Source: an uncultured Acidobacteriota bacterium (lineage in GTDB: Bacteria > Acidobacteriota > Polarisedimenticolia > J045). Taken from it: a DNA stretch of 64,000 nt. A program made the translations under genes and the position numbers. Below are positions 54,372-64,000 of this stretch, piece by piece (positions within the stretch are counted from its first letter, which is position 1; each line of letters starts with the position of its first letter). Under the pieces are notes generated by a model. It was given only the letters and a program-made list of their open reading frames with translations. It was not told the origin of the DNA and did no database searches. The stretch lies in contig CAVPCQ010000018.1 of assembly GCA_963702425.1 (NCBI GenBank), positions 128,001 through 192,000 of the forward strand. Reading direction: 5' to 3'.

Positions 54372-54578
54372 ATGATGTCCGATCCGAACGCCCCCCTGCC
54401 CCCCGAGGGCTGGGACGCCACACAGTGGTACGAGGTCCAGCGCGGCGATTCGCTCTGGAAAATCGCACAGCATTTCTACGGCGACGGCAGCCTCTACATG
54501 AAGATCTTCGAGGCCAATGGCGACGTGCTGAAGAATCCCGACCTGATCCATCCCGGCCAGAAGCTGCGGATCCCGTGA
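54372..54578 (+). CDS. Small single-LysM protein (similar to the Kbp/YgaU C-terminal domain)
   Basis: YEVQRGDSLWKIAQHFYG...IFEAN...NPDLIHPGQKLRIP; AAGGAGG RBS. Confidence 0.9.
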   Translation: MMSDPNAPLPPEGWDATQWYEVQRGDSLWKIAQHFYGDGSLYMKIFEANGDVLKNPDLIHPGQKLRIP

Positions 54579-54601
54579 GGAGAGCGACCGTGACACCGAA
54601 C

Positions 54602-55198
54602 ATGACGCGCAAGACTGCCTGGATTTCCGCGCTGGCCGTGGCACTGATCCTGTTCGCGGCCTGCAAGGATCTCAAGACGCCCGCCCAGCAGGCGCTCGAT
54701 TCCGTCACCGCGGCCGTGAACGCCGTGACCGAGTCGGCCACCATCTATGCCCCGCAGGACCTCACCGGGGCCGAGAACGCCCTGACGAGCCTGCAGCAGT
54801 CGTTCGGCCTCAAGGAATATCAGAAGGTCATCGACCAGTGCCCGCAGGTGCTTGGCCAGGTCGACGCGCTGAAGCGCACGATCGAGGCGCGCAAGTCCGA
54901 GCTGGGGACCGCCTGGAGCGCGCTCACCTCCGGCCTTCCCGGTGTCGTCGGCGCGATCCAGAGCCGGGTCGACATCCTCTCGCAGGCGAAGAAGCTCCCC
55001 GCGGGGATGACCCCCGACATGCTCGCGAGCGCGCAGCAGGGCCTCGCCGACATGACGGCGGCCTGGGGCGCGGCGACCGCGGCTGCGAATTCCGGCAACC
55101 TCGTCGACGCGGTTGCCCAGGGCGATCAGGTCAAGATGATGGCCGGCAAGGTGATGTCTGCGCTCGGGATGGCCGTGCCGCCCGCGCTGGCGAACTGA
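54602..55198 (+). CDS. Hypothetical helical lipoprotein
   Basis: Lipobox FAAC; Ala/Gln-rich amphipathic helices; AGGAG RBS. Confidence 0.75.
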   Translation: MTRKTAWISALAVALILFAACKDLKTPAQQALDSVTAAVNAVTESATIYAPQDLTGAENALTSLQQSFGLKEYQKVIDQCPQVLGQVDALKRTIEARKSELGTAWSALTSGLPGVVGAIQSRVDILSQAKKLPAGMTPDMLASAQQGLADMTAAWGAATAAANSGNLVDAVAQGDQVKMMAGKVMSALGMAVPPALAN

Positions 55199-55221
55199 GC
55201 CTGCGAGCAGGATACCGACGG

Positions 55222-55250
55222 CGGGGCGCCCACGGGCGCCCCGTTTCTTT
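55222..55250 (+). terminator. Intrinsic terminator
   Basis: CGGGGCGCCC-AC-GGGCGCCCCG followed by TTTCTTT. Confidence 0.8.
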
Positions 55251-55333
55251 CGGCCCTCCCGGTCGGGATCGGAGCGACCAGGGCACGCAGACGGGCCGCC
55301 GGCGGACTTTGGCGGGCGGGAAAAGGCAGGGGA

Positions 55334-58300
55334 ATGGATGAAACAGACTCCGGTGATCGCGGGGCATCTCGTCTCGCGCTGGTGTTCGCATTCGCTTTCG
55401 CGAGGCTCCGTGTGGCAGGCGATCCGAGGCGGGAGGAGCCCGCTCCGCGGAGAGCTCCAGCCGAGGGACCGCGGCGGGTAGGCCGCAGTACCGTCCCGGG
55501 AGAACTGCCGCTCGTCGTGCGCGAGGGCCTCGGGGACTTCGTGCCGGACGCGCCGGCCCCGACGCCGCGCCATTCGCCGATCTGCCCGCGGACGAGATCG
55601 ACATCCAGGCCGCGATGCCGCGGGCGCCGGCCTTCGATCTCGGCGCCGGTGGCGTTCGGCCGCAGCGACGGCCAGGTGTGCGTGCTGGAGCGGGACGACC
55701 TCTCGCTCTACTCGATCCGCTCGACGGATGGCGGCAAGAACTTCGCCGCCCCGTTGCTCGTCGCGGGCGGCGCCGGGCAGCCGACGTGCTCGCCTTCGCT
55801 GGCGCGATGTCATCGGGGGCGAAGCTCTACGTGGCCTACATCGTGGCCGACCCGGCGGGCGGGCTGGGCCTGCGCTTCACGCTCAGCACTGACATGGGGC
55901 TGACCTGGACGGCGCCGGTGACGCTCGTCGCCGCGGGCGAAGCGAGCTTCGGGGTCTTCGACGTCGCGATCACCGCGGGCCCGGCGGATCGCGTCGCGGT
56001 GGCCTATGTCGGCGGCGCGGGAACCGATCCGTGGGTTCGTGGGAGCACCAACGCGGGCGTCTCGTGGAGCGCGGCCGTGCGCGTCGACGCGGGCGTCGCT
56101 GCCGGCACCTATCCTGTGCGCGATCCGGACATCGACATCGACGGCACCGGGAACGTCTTCGTCGCCTACCTGCAGAACCGCGACGGAGCGACGAAGGTCT
56201 GGACGGCGCGCTCGCTCAACGCGGGGACCTCCTTCCAGCCGGAGGTCACGCTCGGTTCCGGATCGGGGGCGGGCGCGGAAGCGCCCGACGTCGAGGTGAC
56301 CAACGACGGCAAGATCCTGATCGCGTTCTGGGACGGCGAACTGAGCGACTACGTCAAGGTCTACCGCTCGACCAACCAGGGTGCGGCGTACACGCTGGCG
56401 CTCAACCAGGACCTCGCGGCGGGAAGCGACAGGCCGACGTTCGGGCCGTTCCTATACAACTCGGCCGGCCCGCCGGTCGTGCTGGTCGCGTTCGTCGACA
56501 CCACCGGCGCGGTCGAGCTCCTCCGCTCGGCCGACGACGGCGCGACGTGGGGCGCGTCCCAGACGCTCGCGACGACCGCGGTGCCGGCGGGTTCGTGGAG
56601 CGGGATCCCCAGCCTTGGCGCGGCGCGCACGAGCGGGGGGAACTGGGTGATCGCCTGGAGCGACGCACGCGGCGACACCTACGCCGACCAGAAGAGCGAC
56701 ATCTGGCTGCGGCGCTCGGGGACCGGCGGAGCGAGTTGGGACGCGGAAAAGCGGGTCGACGTCGGCAGCCCCGAAGGGGCCGCCCAGAGCGGGCCGCTCT
56801 CGATCACCGACGCGCTGTCAAACGACGTCTGCCTGGTCTACGGCGACTCCCGCGACGATCAGCGCTCGCCCAACCTGTGGTCGAACCGCACGCTCAGTTC
56901 CTCGATCAACTTCGCCGCCGACAAACGGATCGACACGGACACGGTCACCGTCGACCCGGATGCGTTCGATGACGTCGCGACCGCGACGGATGGCGCCGGC
57001 CGCGTCTACGTTGCCTTCTCGACCGTCGGCACCGGCCCGTCGAGCGACATCTACGTCGCCGTCAGCGACGACGGCGGATTCACCTTCGAACCGCCGGTGC
57101 GCGTGGGCGGCTCCCCCGCGGGGCAGCGGATCGCGGCCGCGCCGGTGATCGGCGCCAGCTCCGACGGCCGGGTCTACCTGGCTTATACGCTCGACAGCGA
57201 GACGCGGCGTGAGCTGCGCTTCAACCGCTCGACGGACTTCGGCAGCACCTGGCAGGCGAGCGACCGGATCCTCGGCTCGTTCGCGACGCCGCCTGGCAAC
57301 TACGGCATCGTCGGGATCCCCGGGGCGCAGATCGTCGCGCAGGCCGGCGGCACGATGTACCTGGCATGGGCGACCGGCAACACTGTCTTCCTGACCCGCT
57401 CGTTCGATGGCGGCGTCACGCTCGACACGAAGGACGTCGACCAGGACACGCGCGGCTACAACCACTACCCGGCGCTCTGTGCGAACGGCAACAGGCTGGT
57501 CCTCGCGATGGTCGCGCCGGACAATACGGTCCCCGCCCTTTTACAGCGTCTGGGCGACGACGAGCGACAACCGCGGCGACACCTGGTCCCTGCGCGTCCA
57601 GCTCCGACCCGAGGGGATCGGCCAGGGCGGCTACGACCCGTCAGTGGCCTGCGACGGCGCGGGCGGTGCGGTTGCGGTCTGGTCCGACGCCCGCTCCGGC
57701 CGGTACGCGATCCGCAGCAGCCGCTTCACCGGGACCGGCTGGCTCGCCGACACCGCCGTGCCCGGACCCACCAACGTCAGCAACCTCTACCCGCAGGTCG
57801 CCTACTCCAACGCGACGACGGCGCTGGTCACCTGGGAGGCGTCCTCGGGGAACGCGGTCTACCTGAGCCGTTCGACCAACAGCGGCTCGACCTTCGGTGC
57901 GCAGACACGGCTCGACGCCTCCCCGGCGCGGCCGGACGTCGAGCCGGCCCTGTCGAACGTCGTGACCGATCGCGCCGGAAACGTCTGGGTCAGCTGGATC
58001 GACGAGAGCGCCGGACGCGGTTCGATCCTGGTCCGGGCATCGGCGGACCACGGCGCGAGCTTCGGCACCGCCCGGCGGATCGATCGGAAGGCGCCGCAGG
58101 GCGCGTACGTCAATCGCACGTTATCAGCTGTCGCGAAGCGCCGCGGTGGCGGGAACGGCGTTCGTCGCGTGGGCCGGCGAGCGCTTCGCCGGCGGCGTCA
58201 ACACCGTGCTCTTCAACGCCTGGGACGCCGACGACCTGGACCGCGACAGGACGGCGCTCGGTGTCGACTGCAACGACCTCGATGCGTCGGTCACGAGGGC

Positions 58301-58640
58301 CCCGGTCGAGGTGGCGGGCGTGCGCGTCGGCCGCTCCGGCGCGCGCGCGCAGCTCTCGTGGACTTCGCAGGATCCCACGGCGGGAAGGGGCACGGTCTAC
58401 GACGTGGTCACCGGCGACGTCGCGGCGCTGCGCAGCAGCAAGAGCTACTCGGGCGCGACCTGCCTTGCCGGCAACCGGGCCGACTCGCCCTACGAGGACA
58501 CGCGGACCGGCCCGAGCGTCGGCGCGTCGTATTACTACCTGGTGAGGGCGAAGAACAGCTGCGGCGCCGCGACCTACGGGAACGCCCGAACGACCCCCGA
58601 TCCGCGCGATGCGCTCGATTCGTCGAGCCCCTGTCCCTAG
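55334..58640 (+). CDS. Large secreted multi-BNR/Asp-box propeller protein with C-terminal FN3-like module (several frameshifts)
   Basis: More than ten SxDxGxT(W/F) repeats across ORFs 55334..55903, 55615..58545, 57407..58762 and 58146..58640. The start is uncertain. Confidence 0.72.
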
Positions 58641-58659
58641 CGAAAGCCACGAATAGCCC

Positions 58660-58692
58660 GGCCCGGGTGGCTTATCAGTACGCCACCCGGGC
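58660..58692. terminator. Intergenic hairpin
   Basis: GCCCGGGTGGC-N10-GCCACCCGGGC followed by TTCTCT. Confidence 0.5.
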
Positions 58693-58845
58693 TTCTCTGT
58701 CAGGTGAAAACGACGAAATAACACGCCCTGATTCGCCCCGTCCGGCGCGTAAGTCGTCCTAGAATCCGCGCTTCCGGTTGCGCCGTCGAGAAGCGGCGGC
58801 GAGCGCGACCCTTCGGGCGGACTGCGCCCAAACGAGGGGAATGTC

Positions 58846-60036
58846 ATGGACAACCTGATTTCGATGATCGCGAGCCAGATCGGCGGCTCGAACATGAACA
58901 GCATCGCGTCCCTGCTCGGGGTCGCTGGAGACAAGGCGCCATCCGCGCTGCAGAGCGGCATCGCCACGGTGCTCGCGGGCCTGGCGAGCAACGCCTCGAA
59001 GCCCGGCGGCGCCGCCGCGCTGCTGAAGACTATCACCGACGGCGGCTACGACGCGGGGATCTTCGGCCAGCTCGGGGGCATCCTCGGTTCGCCGGACTCC
59101 ACCCAGAAGATGCTCGGCCAGAGCGGCAACCTGCTCTCCGGTCTTTTCGGCAACAACCTCGGCGGCGTGACCGACATGCTCGGCTCGTTCCTCGGGTTGA
59201 AGAGCGGCGCCGGCAAGAGCCTGCTCGGCCTCGCGGCCCCGCTCGTGCTGGGCCAGCTCGGCAGCCTCGTGAAGTCGCGCGATCTGAGCGCGACGGGCCT
59301 GCTCGACCTGATCATGGGGCAGAAGGGGTTCCTGAGCGGGCTGCTCCCGACCGGGCTTGGCTCGCTGCTCGGCTTCACCGGCTTCGATGCCGCCCCGCGC
59401 GCCGCGGCGACGACCCACCGCGAGCCGGAGAAATCGGGCCTGATGAAGTGGCAGCCGTGGCTGGGACTGCTCCTGCTGGCGCTGCTGCTCTACAACTTCT
59501 GCATCCGTGCGCGGACGGCGGAGACGGTGCGCGAGGTTTCGCAGGTCGTTCAGGAGCAGTCGCAGCAGGCGGCCGCCGCCGCGGTGAACCTGGCCAAGGT
59601 GGTGCTGCAGGGCGGCGAGACGATCGACGTCGTCACCGGCTCGTTCAACGACGCGTTCGCCAGCTTCCTCGCCAGCAATCCGACCGACCTGACCCGGCGC
59701 TTCGCTTTCGACGTGATCGAGTTCGAGACCGGGTCCGCGAACCTGACGCGCCGCTCGCGCGAGGAAGTCGGGCGGCTCGCCAGGATCCTCGGTGCCTATC
59801 CCAACGTGCGGGTCAAGCTGATCGGGCACACCGACGCTACGGGCAATGACGCCGACAACCTGAGGCTGTCGGTCGAGCGTGCGGAGTCGGCGCGGAACGC
59901 GCTCGGCGCTTCCGGCATCGCTGCGAACCGGATCGAGGTCGAGGGGCGGGGCGCGACGGAGCCGACGGCTTCCAATGACACGGAATCCGGCCGCGCGCAG
60001 AACCGTCGCGTCGAGCTCGTGGTCCTGTCGCTGTAA
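58846..60036 (+). CDS. DUF937 plus OmpA-like peptidoglycan-binding domain protein
   Basis: Gly/Leu-rich DUF937-like N-terminus, one TM helix, then FETGSA, GHTDATG, NLRLSVERA and GRAQNRRVE. Confidence 0.9.
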   Translation: MDNLISMIASQIGGSNMNSIASLLGVAGDKAPSALQSGIATVLAGLASNASKPGGAAALLKTITDGGYDAGIFGQLGGILGSPDSTQKMLGQSGNLLSGLFGNNLGGVTDMLGSFLGLKSGAGKSLLGLAAPLVLGQLGSLVKSRDLSATGLLDLIMGQKGFLSGLLPTGLGSLLGFTGFDAAPRAAATTHREPEKSGLMKWQPWLGLLLLALLLYNFCIRARTAETVREVSQVVQEQSQQAAAAAVNLAKVVLQGGETIDVVTGSFNDAFASFLASNPTDLTRRFAFDVIEFETGSANLTRRSREEVGRLARILGAYPNVRVKLIGHTDATGNDADNLRLSVERAESARNALGASGIAANRIEVEGRGATEPTASNDTESGRAQNRRVELVVLSL

Positions 60037-60066
60037 CCCGGCCTGACGCAAACAGGGAGACGACCG

Positions 60067-60546
60067 ATGAAGAAGACCGATTTCACCCCCGAGGAATGGA
60101 CCGTCCTCTACTCCGCACCTTCGCTGGCCGGCATGGTCGTCTCGGCTTCCAGCCCGAGCGGCCCGATCGGCCTGATGAAGGAGATGTTCTCGGTCGGCAT
60201 GGCGGTGGCCGAGTCGGCCAAGCAGAAGCCGTCCAACCCGCTGATCCAGACGCTGATCGAGGACATGAAGCAGGGCGGCACGGAAGCCGGCCCCGACAGG
60301 AAGGGATGGGCAAATGGAGCGGGCCAGGGCCACGGCCTGGGCCAGCTCCAGAAGGCGGCCGACATGCTGGCGCAGAAGAACGCCGGGCCGGTCGGCGACG
60401 AGTTCAAGGCGTGGCTCGTCGACACCGCCCGCCGCGTGGCCGCGGCGTCGAACGAAGGCGGTTTCCTCGGGTTCGGCGGCGTGCGCGTCACGCCGCAGGA
60501 AGAGGAAGCGATCAAGCAGATCGCGTCGACGCTGCGCGTCGGCTGA
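60067..60546 (+). CDS. Hypothetical protein
   Basis: GGGAG RBS; FTPEEW...VAAASNEGGFLGFGGVRVTPQEEEA; follows the OmpA gene by 30 bp. Confidence 0.8.
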   Translation: MKKTDFTPEEWTVLYSAPSLAGMVVSASSPSGPIGLMKEMFSVGMAVAESAKQKPSNPLIQTLIEDMKQGGTEAGPDRKGWANGAGQGHGLGQLQKAADMLAQKNAGPVGDEFKAWLVDTARRVAAASNEGGFLGFGGVRVTPQEEEAIKQIASTLRVG

Positions 60547-60559
60547 GTCCTGGCCGGGT

Positions 60560-60588
60560 CGGGGGGCTGCCGCTCGGCAGCCCCCCGG
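60560..60588. terminator. Hairpin between convergent genes
   Basis: CGGGGGGCTGCCG-CT-CGGCAGCCCCCCG. Confidence 0.6.
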
Positions 60589-60601
60589 GGCCGGTTCCGC
60601 G

Positions 60602-63600
60602 TCACTTCTCCTTGCGGCGACCTTGCGGCTCTTGTCGGGCGACGGGCCGAAGTCCGGCTTTCTGCGGCGGCTTCTCCGCCTGGAGGCGCTGGACCTCCGC
60701 GATCGCGCGGTCGAGCTGCGCGTCGATCCCGCGGCCGAGGTCCTGCGGCCGGGCCTGGACCTCGATGTCCGGGATCACGCCGCGGTTCTCCAGCGACCAG
60801 CCCTGGTGCGCGTCCCACCACGCGAACTCCGGCTGCGTCACCGTGCCGCCGTCGACCGTCCGCTTGTCGCCGCGGATCCCGACGACGCCGCCCCACGAGC
60901 GCATGCCGATCACCGGGGCCAGCTTCCGCAGCTGGATCGCGGCCGGGAAGATGTCGCCGTCCGAGCCGGCGAACTCGTTGGTCAGGACGACGAACGGCCC
61001 GTTGAGGACCGCCTGCGGGTAGGTCGAGAGGCCGCCGGCGCGCTGCCGGTCCCAGCTGATCAGCTGGCGCTCGAGCCGGTCGACCACCATCTGGGAGATC
61101 GCGCCGCCGCCGTTCCAGCGCACGTCGACGACCATCCCCTCCTTGTCGAGCTGCGGGTAGAACCAGGTGTTGAACGCCACCAGCCCGTCGGTCCACATGT
61201 CGGGCATGTGCACGTAGGCGATCGTCCCGTTCGTCTTCTGGGCGACGTACTCGCGGTTGGTCCGCACCCAGTCGGCGTAGCGCAGCTTCTCCTCGTCCCC
61301 CAGCGGCGTGACGACCACGTCGCGCGCGCCGTCCTTCGCCGGCCGCGCGTTGACGGTCAGCACGACCGGCTTGTCCGCGAGCCCCTCGAACGCCGCGTAG
61401 ATCGGCTTGTCCTTCGGGAAGGGCTGGTGGTTGACGGCGAGGATGAAGTCGCCTTCCTTGAGCCCGGCCGCCGCGTCGAGCAGCGGCGAGCGCACGTTGT
61501 CGGCCGGGTCACCGCGGTAGATCCGCACGATCCGGTAGGCCTCCCCCTCGCGGACGAAGTCGGCGCCGAGCATGCCGATCGATACGCGCCTGACCTGCAC
61601 GCCGGGGTCGCCGCCCCAGACGTAGGTGTGCGAGGTGCTCAGCTCCCCGATCGTCTCGCCGATCAGGTCGCGCAGGTCGTCGCGGGTCGCCAGGCGCGGC
61701 AGCAGCGTGGCGTACTGGTCGCGGATCGCGGTCCAGTCCACGCCCGACATCCCGGCGTCCCAGAAGAAGTCGCGCATCGTGCGCCACGACTCGTAGTAGA
61801 TCTGCGCCCACTCCTCGCGCGGGTCGAGCTCGATCACGACGTCGTTCAGCTTGAGCTTCCCCTCGGCGAGCTTCGGCCCCGGCGCGGCGTCGGCGCCGAC
61901 GACGAAGATCTCGCCCGGCTGCTGGCGCAGGGCGATCTTGTCCGCCTTGGCCGAGAGGACGTAGTCGGAGATCCCCTCGACGAACGGCTCGGCCTTCTTC
62001 GACTCGAGGTCGAAGGCCATCAGCACGTTCTCGGGCGGCGGGTCGCCGAAGAGCGGCGGCTGCTCGGCCATCCCCTTGAGCGGGGCGACGATCCAGAAGA
62101 CCTTCCCCTTGGTCGCGGAGAGCCCGCCGTAGAGGCCGGGGCCGACCGGCAGCTCGACGATCCGTCCGGCCAGCCCGGCCAGCTCGATCTCGACCGGCTT
62201 GATCTCGTCCTTCTTGTCGCCCTTTTCGTCCTTGTCCCCGGCCTTCGCCGCGTCGTCCTTCTTCTCGCCTTTCTTCGCGTCGTCCTTCGTCTTATCGTCC
62301 TTGGCGTCCTTCGCGTCCGGTTTGGGCGGAAGGCCGGCGTTCGGCGCGAGCGGGTTCTCCACGTCGGGCCGCAGCAGGGCCATGTAGATCTTCGTGTCGC
62401 GGGCCTCGATGTTGTTCCACTCGCGCGTGCCGAGGATCGGGTTGGTGAAGCGGTCCGACAGGAAGTAGAGGAAGCGCCCCTCGGGATCCCAGGCCGGCGA
62501 GTAGTCGAAGGTGTGAGGGCCGGTCACCGGGTAGACCTTCGCGTCCTTCGTGTCGTAGATCAGCACCGAGCTGTAGTTGTTGGCGAGCCACCTTCGCGTA
62601 GGCCAGCCAGCGGCCGTCGGGGCTCCAGGCGTAGTCGCGGATCTCGGCCTGCGGGCTCCTGTCGACCTGCACCGGCGCACCGCCGGCGCGGGGCATCACG
62701 AACAGCGCGTTGGTCTGGTCGGCGTACGCGATCCACTTGCCGTCTGGCGACGGGCGCGGTGGGAAGTGCCAGCCGGTCTTGCCGGCGGGTTTCAGGATCT
62801 TGGCCTCCTCGCGGCCCCAGGCGTCGATGCTGCGGATCTCCTCCTCACCCGCTGTGTCGCTGACGTACAGGATCTGATTCCCGCCGGGTTCGAATGTCGC
62901 CCAGTTCTCACGGGCTCCGGAGCCGCGGGTCACGGGCAGCGTCACGCCCTCCTTCACTGGGACCGATACGATCTCGCCGCGGGCCACGATCGCCACGCGC
63001 GAGCCGTCCGGGGCGAGGTCGTACCAGGTCACGAACCGCCCGGCGTCGGGGTAGCGCACGCGCGTCAGCGTGCGGTCGCTCGGCAGCTCGATCGGCAGCT
63101 TCTTCACGGCGCCGCTCTTCGGATCGAACAGCGCGATGTCGCCGGCGAGCATGAAGACGATCCGCCCGTCGGGCCCCATCGCCGGCCAGCGCGCGTCCCA
63201 CGCGCCGAGGTCGGTGTGCTGCTTGCGGTCGCTGCCGTCCGGCTTCATCGACCAGAGGTTCTGCGTCCCGCCCTTGTCGGAGAGGAACCAGAGCCGGCCG
63301 CCCGACCACATCGGGAAGGCCTCGGTGACGTTCTCCCCGGTGACGCGGCGGAAGTCGGCCGTCTTCGGATCGCCGACCCAGAGGTCCTGCGCCGTGCCGC
63401 CGCGGTAGCGCTTCCAGGTGCGGAACTCGTTGCTGATCCGGTTGAAGGCGTAGGCCCCCGTGACCGGATCGATGTCCAGCCGCGCGGCCCAGCCGAGCGG
63501 GAGCTTCACGGCCTCGTTGCCCGATGCATCTCCCGCGAGCGGGACCGTGAACAGCTCCCAGCCGCCCGGCCCGAACGAGCGCGGGCTCCGGATGACGATC

Positions 63601-63995
63601 GCGCTGCCGTCGGGCACCCAGCCGACTACCTCGTCGGGCATCGGGTGCCAGGTCAGGCGGCGCGGCTCGCCGCCGGAGACCGGCACGACGTAGACGTCGC
63701 GGTTGCCGTCGTACTCGCCCGTGAAGGCGATCAGCTTCCCGTCGGGGGAGAAGGTCGGGAAGTACTCGTTGCCGGGCGCGGTCGTCAGCCGCCGGCTCGA
63801 GCCCCCCGCGTCCGAGGTCAGCCACAGGTCGGCTTCGGCGGAGAAGACGACGAGGTTCCCGTGGATGTCGGGGTACCGCAGGTAGCCGGGTGCGGGCCCG
63901 GCGGGAGGGTCGGCTGCGGCGACGAGGGGGGCCAGACCGGTGAAGAGGGCGAGCAGGACGACGAGAGCGGGGGAGAGGCGGGGACCAGAGCGCAT
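60602..63995 (-). CDS. Tricorn protease homolog (S41 family, PD40 propellers, PDZ; frameshift ~62590)
   Basis: YLRYPDIHG, WKRYRGG, GELSTSH, DVRWNGGG, AGSDGD, RSWGG and ENRGVIPD. Confidence 0.93.
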
Positions 63996-64000
63996 GACAC

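Overview
Very GC-rich bacterial chromosomal DNA, most consistent with an Acidobacteriota-like organism (an inference from gene content, not a classification). Numerous 1-bp indels break otherwise intact genes, as is typical of an unpolished long-read assembly. About 40 genes are present. Housekeeping genes: pyk, miaE, alr, purL/purQ, mgsA. Signalling: a PAS histidine kinase and a sigma54 response regulator. A phosphate-scavenging cluster (phoD, ppk1 plus an RMD1/DUF155 gene, beta-propeller phytase, a DUF3299-like gene, phoA) has 11-bp periodic Pho-box-like repeats. There is also a cNMP-CBS-nucleotidyltransferase/exonuclease/DUF485/actP cluster, and many secreted proteins (FG-GAP, three BNR/sialidase-like propellers, HAF repeat, an HEXXH metalloprotease, tricorn protease). 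The most notable observations are: (1) four secreted proteins end in a related Cys-containing FN3/Ig-like C-terminal module, a candidate protein-sorting or anchoring signal; (2) a TlpA/redoxin lipoprotein has an in-frame TGA exactly at the first Cys of its CxxC motif, a candidate UxxC selenoprotein; (3) a three-hairpin candidate ncRNA lies at about 7745-7890; (4) a GTAG-type REP family supplies stop codons to three genes. No rRNA, tRNA, CRISPR array or transposase was seen.
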